A stretch of 35,091 bases of DNA, taken from positions 1-35,091 of the IMG/VR virus record IMGVR_UViG_3300033463_000533, one strand, 5' to 3'. The notes beneath the pieces are model-generated. The model was not told the DNA's origin and made no database searches. It saw only the letters and a program-made list of their open reading frames with translations. The DNA comes from a virus. Below, in pieces: positions 29,290-35,091 of this stretch (its first letter is position 1; each line of letters opens with the position of its first letter). The translations under genes and the position numbers were made by a program.

Positions 29290-29730
29290 CTATACACTCT
29301 CTGGAAGTGAATTAGATAGTTCATAATATATAAAATTCATTTGTATAATATAAATTGCTGTTGTATCTGTCTTTTGTATAATGTAACTTGGACTTGTACA
29401 CTCTATTGAAAAAGCACCATCAATTTGAGGTAAATTTCTCAACATTTGCTGTCTTTCTATCCAATCAATAAAATCTTCTCCAAACTTCGAATTAGCAAGA
29501 TTACTTACAACTCTACTAGACAAAGGAGCTGTTACTGTAAAATCAAATGTAATTTGTTTTTTTCCACCATATCCATCAACGTACTTTTGCACAATTGGTG
29601 TTGTGGGTGTTCTATCAATAGAATATGAATAAACTTCATCTTTTAAATAGTCAACGTTTATTTTGTCGCCATCTAAAAGAGGACAGGTTTCTATATATTC
29701 TTTTATTAATTCCATTTTAGATTTTGCCAT
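29290..29730 (-). CDS. Tail terminator / minor capsid-like protein
   Basis: Synteny and KQITFDFTVTAPLSSRVVSNLANSKFGEDFIDWIERQ. Confidence 0.6.
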   Translation of the reverse strand: MAKSKMELIKEYIETCPLLDGDKINVDYLKDEVYSYSIDRTPTTPIVQKYVDGYGGKKQITFDFTVTAPLSSRVVSNLANSKFGEDFIDWIERQQMLRNLPQIDGAFSIECTSPSYIIQKTDTTAIYIIQMNFIYYELSNSLPESV

Positions 29731-30131
29731 TATTTGCCTCCTCGTTTAATATAATTGTTAATATCTCTTATTAATTCGCCTTTCTTATCATTTAGCATAC
29801 GTTTTTCCCATTCTGCCCCTCTTTTAGGTGCTCCTTGATACTTTATAGATTTATTGCTAATTGACCTTTTTACACCTTTAGGCTTACTTGCTCCAACTGC
29901 AACTTTGCCTTTGTACATATAATGAGCATACTGTTGAACGTATTTAATTGAATGGTTATTTGGATAAGTTTTATTGTTTTTTAATGTACCTGTATCCATA
30001 GGAATATAAGCATCGCTTAATCTATCAACATCATCTCGTAAAAACTTTGTTACAGCACCATCTTTGTTAAGTTCATGGTCTTTTATAATCTTATTAATGC
30101 TATTCATTTTAAATCGCATATTAAAATTCAT
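29730..30131 (-). CDS. HK97 gp10-like / neck protein
   Basis: LSDAYIPMDTGTLKNN...YAHYMYKGKVAVGASKPKG. Confidence 0.75.
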   Translation of the reverse strand: MNFNMRFKMNSINKIIKDHELNKDGAVTKFLRDDVDRLSDAYIPMDTGTLKNNKTYPNNHSIKYVQQYAHYMYKGKVAVGASKPKGVKRSISNKSIKYQGAPKRGAEWEKRMLNDKKGELIRDINNYIKRGGK

Positions 30132-30467
30132 TATTCACTAACTCCTATTTTATAGTGCTGTAATTTTCCTTTACGATTATCATCTACACTTACTACTTTA
30201 AATAATTGATATTTTTTAATTAGTGTTCTTTCATCAAATTCATCTTTTACAAATCCTTCAATTACATAATCGCCTTTTTTTATATTAATCTTTTTAGTAG
30301 TAGGTATAGTTATTGAGCCTGTACTTCCTTTTTCAAGTCCGTTTATCTATTACGTTATATTTTTCATCATGTCTAAAGTAAACTGGCTTAAAATGAATCC
30401 TCGTTACATTCTCGCCATCTATAAAATGATATACAGTAATTTGGTGTATAAAAAAGGGGCTATTCAC
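30131..30467 (-). CDS. Head closure / putative minor capsid protein, recoded at CGG 30339-30341 (+1); probable GTG start
   Basis: Manual: (M)NSPFFIHQITVYHFIDGENVTRIHFKPVYFRHDEKYNVIDK[C]GLEKGSTGSITIPTTKKINIKKGDYVIEGFVKDEFDERTLIKKYQLFKVVSVDDNRKGKLQHYKIGVSE*; missing from ORF track; length 3n+1. Confidence 0.85.
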
Positions 30468-30819
30468 AAAGAATCACCCCTCTTGTTCTTCTTTTTGTGT
30501 TTGTAAGATATAAGCTCAATATATCACTTATAGATTTATTTGTTTCTTTGTCTATTTCTTCATCTGTTTTATACGATTCACTCCAACCTTCTATGCTTGT
30601 ACTGCTTAAATTTCCAATTTCAGCTTTAGTATTTCCGCTATTGCTTAATATTTGTACTATTTTAGCAGTTGCAAATTTAACTTCTTCGGAAGGTGTATCT
30701 ACTATATAGCTTTTATTTATTATATAGCTTGCTTGAATCGCTAATTCAGTAAAATTGCTAGGTACACTTTCAGCATCTAACAATCTTATATAATCATCGT
30801 CAGTTATATATTGAAGCAT
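30460..30819 (-). CDS. Head-tail connector protein
   Basis: Synteny; MLQYITDDDYIRLL..SNFTELAIQASYIINKS. Confidence 0.65.
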   Translation of the reverse strand: MLQYITDDDYIRLLDAESVPSNFTELAIQASYIINKSYIVDTPSEEVKFATAKIVQILSNSGNTKAEIGNLSSTSIEGWSESYKTDEEIDKETNKSISDILSLYLTNTKRRTRGVILCE

Positions 30820-30831
30820 ACCTTAACCTCC

Positions 30832-31743
30832 TTAAACAGAAGCATTTGGAACAATTGCAGCAAATGGAAATCTTGTTTCTGTATCATTTTCTGCATTAAT
30901 TGGGTTAGGAATTTCCCAACCTAATCTCATTGTTACTCTTAATGCAACCATGTCATCTTGTGCTAGGTTGTAAACTATATCTCCACTTGTAGGATCTTGA
31001 ATTACAGCTTGGTCTAATACTTTGTATGTAATATCTTGTCTTATAGCATAAACTGCTTCATTAAAGTTTCCAACTATTGCTTTTGCTTCTGTTTTATCCC
31101 AAGAACCATTATCAACATAAGCTTTTGGTAATTCTCCAATTTCTGTTCCTTTTATAGGTTGTCCGTTGTTGTCAAGCATCATTCTAAATGCACCTTTTAA
31201 TCCAACTCCACCTAATATTCCTGTTACTTCATATCCAGACTCTTCAACTTTAACCATTGCATCGTTAATGTCTGTATATAAGCTATTTGTTTCTGTTACT
31301 GTTGCTCCAGCATCAACTACTGATGGAAGTATTCCTTTTCTCCAAGAAGTAGGTTTTCCATCTCCTGTGAATATAGCTTTATCAATTAATTTTCCAAAAG
31401 CTTCTTCTATTCTAGGTTTTACTTCTGCCCATATATCGTATGAAGCATCTTCTAATACGTTTTCTGGAATTGGAACTATAACAGCAATTTCTTCTGCGTT
31501 AATATATTTTTTATCCCAAGCCATTTTTGTTAATTTCTTTCTTGAATTATCAGCATCTTGAAAATATGCTAATGGTAAAGAGTCAAGAACTCTCATTTTT
31601 GTTTTGTTTGAAGTCATATTTGGTAATCTTCTAAACATTTGTAGAGCTTTAGATTGTTTTACTGCTCCTTGAATTATTTCATTTGATACTTGCTCGTCTA
31701 TTAGAGCTTCTGCATCTGTTCTTAAAATTGCATTATCTGCCAT
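30832..31743 (-). CDS. Major capsid protein (HK97 fold)
   Basis: QVSNEIIQGAVKQSKALQMFRRLPNMTSNKTKMRVLDSLPLAYF...EEIAVIVPIPENVLEDASYDIWAEVKPRIEEAFGKLID. Confidence 0.88.
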   Translation of the reverse strand: MADNAILRTDAEALIDEQVSNEIIQGAVKQSKALQMFRRLPNMTSNKTKMRVLDSLPLAYFQDADNSRKKLTKMAWDKKYINAEEIAVIVPIPENVLEDASYDIWAEVKPRIEEAFGKLIDKAIFTGDGKPTSWRKGILPSVVDAGATVTETNSLYTDINDAMVKVEESGYEVTGILGGVGLKGAFRMMLDNNGQPIKGTEIGELPKAYVDNGSWDKTEAKAIVGNFNEAVYAIRQDITYKVLDQAVIQDPTSGDIVYNLAQDDMVALRVTMRLGWEIPNPINAENDTETRFPFAAIVPNASV

Positions 31744-31758
31744 TTTTAAATTCCTCCT

Positions 31759-32295
31759 TTAATTTCTTGCTGAACGAATTAAATCGTTCATTGTTTGGTT
31801 TGTACTGTTTTCAGTTTTTGAATTTCCATCAAGTTTCGCACTAGTGCCTACTGTTTTTATGACTTTATTTTCACTTGATGTAAATTTAGGGTTTTCTTTC
31901 AAAAACTTAGCTAAATTTTCGTTAAAGTCGCCTTCCATTCTGCTTACTTTAAACAAAACATAATCAACATCTTCTTTAATGCCAGCCTTTAATACCGCAT
32001 TTTCTTTTTCTAACTCTGATATTCGATTATCTTTCTTTAAATATTCAGCTTCCTTTTCAGCTTGTCTTTGTTCGGCTGTCTTTTGACTTTCTACCCACTC
32101 TTTATATTTAGTAATATCAATGCCTTCATATTTCTTTTCATATTTTGCTTTTAGCTTTTTATCTAACGCATTGTATTCTTCTTGTGTATAAGTCTTTTCA
32201 GCCTTTCCCTCATCTTTGTTTTCATTGGCTTGAGTTCCAACTTCTCCTGTTCCTTCAACGTTTTCGTTTTCAACAGTTTCTTCGTTTTCGTTCAT
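31759..32295 (-). CDS. Scaffold protein (DUF4355-like)
   Basis: Acidic N-terminus, YTQEEYNALDKKLKAKYEKKYEG, upstream of the capsid gene. Confidence 0.78.
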   Translation of the reverse strand: MNENEETVENENVEGTGEVGTQANENKDEGKAEKTYTQEEYNALDKKLKAKYEKKYEGIDITKYKEWVESQKTAEQRQAEKEAEYLKKDNRISELEKENAVLKAGIKEDVDYVLFKVSRMEGDFNENLAKFLKENPKFTSSENKVIKTVGTSAKLDGNSKTENSTNQTMNDLIRSARN

Positions 32296-32388
32296 ATTTT
32301 GAACTCCTTTCTTTAATCTAAAAAAGTAAATCTCCTTTGTTGTTCTTTACCCTCTGCAAAAAAGTAAAAAGAGCATAAAAAATAGGAG

Positions 32389-33525
32389 TTAAACTCCTAC
32401 TTGTAAACGTGTGTTATCTTTTTTTAATTTTGTTTGTCTTATAAAATCATTAAGTATTTCATTTTTTTGTTTTATATTATTTTTAATATTTGTTATGTTT
32501 TGACTTACTGTGTCTATGTCAACGTCATTATTTCCACTTAACATTATTCCTTCTAAACCAGCTAATTCTTTCTTATCTTGTCTTATTTGTCTTTCCATTC
32601 TACGTTGCATTTGTGTTGCATCGTATCTTGATACTCTTTGTCCGTTATATTCAACATATTCATTTCGTAAATTTCTTAAATCTTTATTTGAATAAGATAA
32701 ACTACTTCCTTTATAGTACGGAAACCAAGTATGCCTACAATTAGCACCTTGAAAGCCTGTAACTTCGCCATAACCTATGTCATCTAAACTTAAATAACCT
32801 TTTTGACCGCTTCTGCTTACAATTTTTCCTTGCCATTCTGCGTGTTCTGGTCTTGCTCCGCTATGTGCTGAAATCTCCATTAAATCCCAGCCTAGTTCTT
32901 CGGCTCTCATTAATTGTAATCTTCCTGCTGTTTGATTTACTGATGTTAGTACATTCATTCTTACTGCTGGTTCTATATTCAATCTATAACCACTAGGATA
33001 TTGAATATAAGCTCCTTGTCGAGATATTTCTTTTACTGTATCAATAATTGCCTCTGTATAACCTTTTACTCCTGTTGATACTTCCATATAAGCTCTATTT
33101 ATACCTTCATAAAATTGTAATTGACCTGTATTTGCTGTTGTTAGACATAAATTAGTTAAATTGTTTTGTGTTTTCTGTGCTGTTGCTTCTAATGTTTGTA
33201 ACATAGATGGACTTAAACCCATTGGATTTAACCCAGCTTCTTTATATATTAAATCATCTGTTTTAATAGCATGAGCCCCAGCAGTTTCAAATATTTCTTT
33301 AATTTGACTTTCTGAGAGCTCACTATATTTGCTAACTAAACTTATAATATCTTCATATACAATGCCCATTTCTTGAGCTAATTGTATATTGTTTAAAGCT
33401 ACTGTGTTGGCATAACCAAAATTAGCGATTCTTTCAGCTATTTCTTGTATTATTTCAAACTCTAAATCGCCATATAACTTTGAAGCTTCTTTTTCTATTT
33501 CTTTAAAATCTTGAGAAGTTAACAC
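32389..33525 (-). CDS. Minor capsid protein 2-like
   Basis: SAHSGARPEHAEWQGKIVSRSG and GFQGANCRHTWFPYY motifs. Confidence 0.88.
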   Translation of the reverse strand: MLTSQDFKEIEKEASKLYGDLEFEIIQEIAERIANFGYANTVALNNIQLAQEMGIVYEDIISLVSKYSELSESQIKEIFETAGAHAIKTDDLIYKEAGLNPMGLSPSMLQTLEATAQKTQNNLTNLCLTTANTGQLQFYEGINRAYMEVSTGVKGYTEAIIDTVKEISRQGAYIQYPSGYRLNIEPAVRMNVLTSVNQTAGRLQLMRAEELGWDLMEISAHSGARPEHAEWQGKIVSRSGQKGYLSLDDIGYGEVTGFQGANCRHTWFPYYKGSSLSYSNKDLRNLRNEYVEYNGQRVSRYDATQMQRRMERQIRQDKKELAGLEGIMLSGNNDVDIDTVSQNITNIKNNIKQKNEILNDFIRQTKLKKDNTRLQVGV

Positions 33526-33530
33526 TTAAA

Positions 33531-34962
33531 TCACTCCTCTTGAAATCCAAATGCTTGTTGATTACTTAATTTTTCATCTTGAATAGCTTTGTATTCTTCC
33601 TGTGCTTGTTCTTTACTAAATCCTCTTATGTTTTCTAAATAATCTACTTTACTTCTTAATCCTTGTCCTACTTCTAATGATGCTCTTGCTTGTTCTGCTC
33701 CTTTATCTTCTATAATACTGTCATCAAAGTCTATTTTTATTTCTTGATTTATATCTGTAAATTTATAATTTGTAAATGTGTTACAAGCATACATTATAGC
33801 TTTTATAAGCCTTTTTAAACTGCTTTCTAATACTAATTCGTGTTTTTTTATTGTTCTAAACATATCACTATTAGCACTTATTATTCCTGTTGCTGTTTGT
33901 ATATCTCCTCTGTCAAATTTATAACGTTCATTTCCAAATCCTACTTTACTTGATAGTATATTAAGCTCTGTATTTAAGTCATTTATCATTGTATCTGTTC
34001 TTAAGCTATCGTTATCACTTTGTATGAAGTCATCTTTATTAAATCCTTTTGGAAGTACATATACAGAAATGTCGTTTGGATCAAATACTGGACTTTCTTT
34101 TCCATCATCATAAGTAAGTAAATCTTCGCTTACAAATGTTCTTCTTCTTCCAAGTGTTACTTCTAAATCTTTGCTATCATAAATATTGTCAATATTCATA
34201 AATGTATGTATTGAATTTGCATATATTGATAATCTAAAAGGACTATCCTCATCAATATTATTACAAATGTTTGGTCCTAAGGGTGCAAACCAAGGAATAT
34301 TTGCTTGTGTGTCAAATTCTTCAATAACACTTTCATCTTCTACTGGTGTTAGTAAATTATTTAAACATTTAAACTTATAATTCTTTATTACATAATTTCC
34401 TTTTTCGTTTAGAACGTGAAACGAAACGTATGTATATTTTGTGCCTTTTTCTGTTTTATTTGTTATAAATCCACACTCTGTTATTTCATCATTGTTCCAA
34501 CTTAAAGGATATATCTTTTTAGCACCAACAAATTCTATGTTAGGGTATGTCTTTTCATCTACAATATAATTTTCTCCATCTGTTTTTAATCTTTGTACTG
34601 ATAAAACTAGCATTCCATTTCCTAAAGCAAAACTTTTTTCTATTCCCTTGTTTGTTAATACTTGAAAATTGTTTTTCTCTAATATATCTTTTAATAACTC
34701 CGTATCTTTGTCATTACTTACTTGTATTTTTACTTTTTCATTGTAAAGTACATCTGCCCAGTCCTCACATACTTTTTTTGGCATTTGCAAACTTCTTTTT
34801 TGACGTCTTACTTTATGTCCGAGGTCTGTTGTAAATCCAGTATGAATGGAAACCTTTTACTTTTCCAATATACCAGCTATTCCATAAATCTATATAAGAG
34901 TCAAAATCATCTTTCTCTTGTGTACTATATCCTTGCGATTCAAAAAACTGTTTTAAATTCAT
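33531..34962 (-). CDS. Portal protein, recoded at CGG 34819-34821 (+1)
   Basis: MNLKQFFESQGYSTQEKDDFDSYIDLWNSWYIGKVKGFHSYWIYNRP[C]GHKVRRQKRSLQMPKKVCEDWADVLYNEK...; SD AAGGAGAT upstream of ATG 34962; length 3n+1. Confidence 0.92.
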
Positions 34963-34964
34963 TT

Positions 34965-35091
34965 TTTATCTCCTTGCATTTATTAATTTTTCATAAAAAC
35001 TATTTATTGAATATTCAAGTGCATCTAAACTGTCTATATCTGTTGTTCCATCATCAAGTCTTTCATCTTCTGCCTTACTATTCCATAAAGC
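34965..35091. repeat. Terminal redundancy (copy 2)
   Basis: Identical to 1-127. Confidence 0.97.

Noticed and set aside
9967-34821. Simple reassignment of CGG to another amino acid (e.g. Trp or Gln, known from other lineages)
   Set aside because: A triplet reassignment would not restore the reading frame; the data require a one-base skip or quadruplet reading.

Overview
Circularly closed genome of a low-GC tailed (siphovirus-like) phage, about 34,964 bp unique. The first 127 nt are repeated exactly at the window end (1-127 = 34965-35091). All convincing genes lie on the minus strand. Reading from the right end: portal, minor capsid, scaffold, major capsid, connector/closure, major tail, tail chaperones, tape measure, baseplate, structural/fibre genes, holin, CHAP-SH3 endolysin, then a replication/recombination block (Gp157-like, Rad52/Sak-like, replisome organiser, HNH, DUF1064-like, two DNA methyltransferases, YopX-like), a glycosyltransferase, and small and large terminase next to the portal across the junction. 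No integrase, repressor, tRNA, CRISPR array or reverse transcriptase was recognised. Headline observation: many genes are apparently broken, and almost all breaks share one signature. On the coding strand there is an in-frame CGG followed by N, and skipping the C (+1, so the next codon is GGN = Gly) restores a sensible protein. I find 14 such CGG sites in 10 genes: portal, head closure, tape measure x2, a holin-like gene, a small structural protein x3 within 50 nt, endolysin, tail fibre x3, a coiled-coil protein, and the replication protein. A 15th in-frame CGG is also at a frame break, but needs +2/-1. By eye, about 65 other coding-strand CGG trinucleotides all straddle codons, and none is read as a sense Arg codon. 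This suggests CGG is unassigned or undecoded in this phage/host and acts as a general +1 frameshift (or CGGN quadruplet) signal. I consider that a candidate undescribed recoding system.
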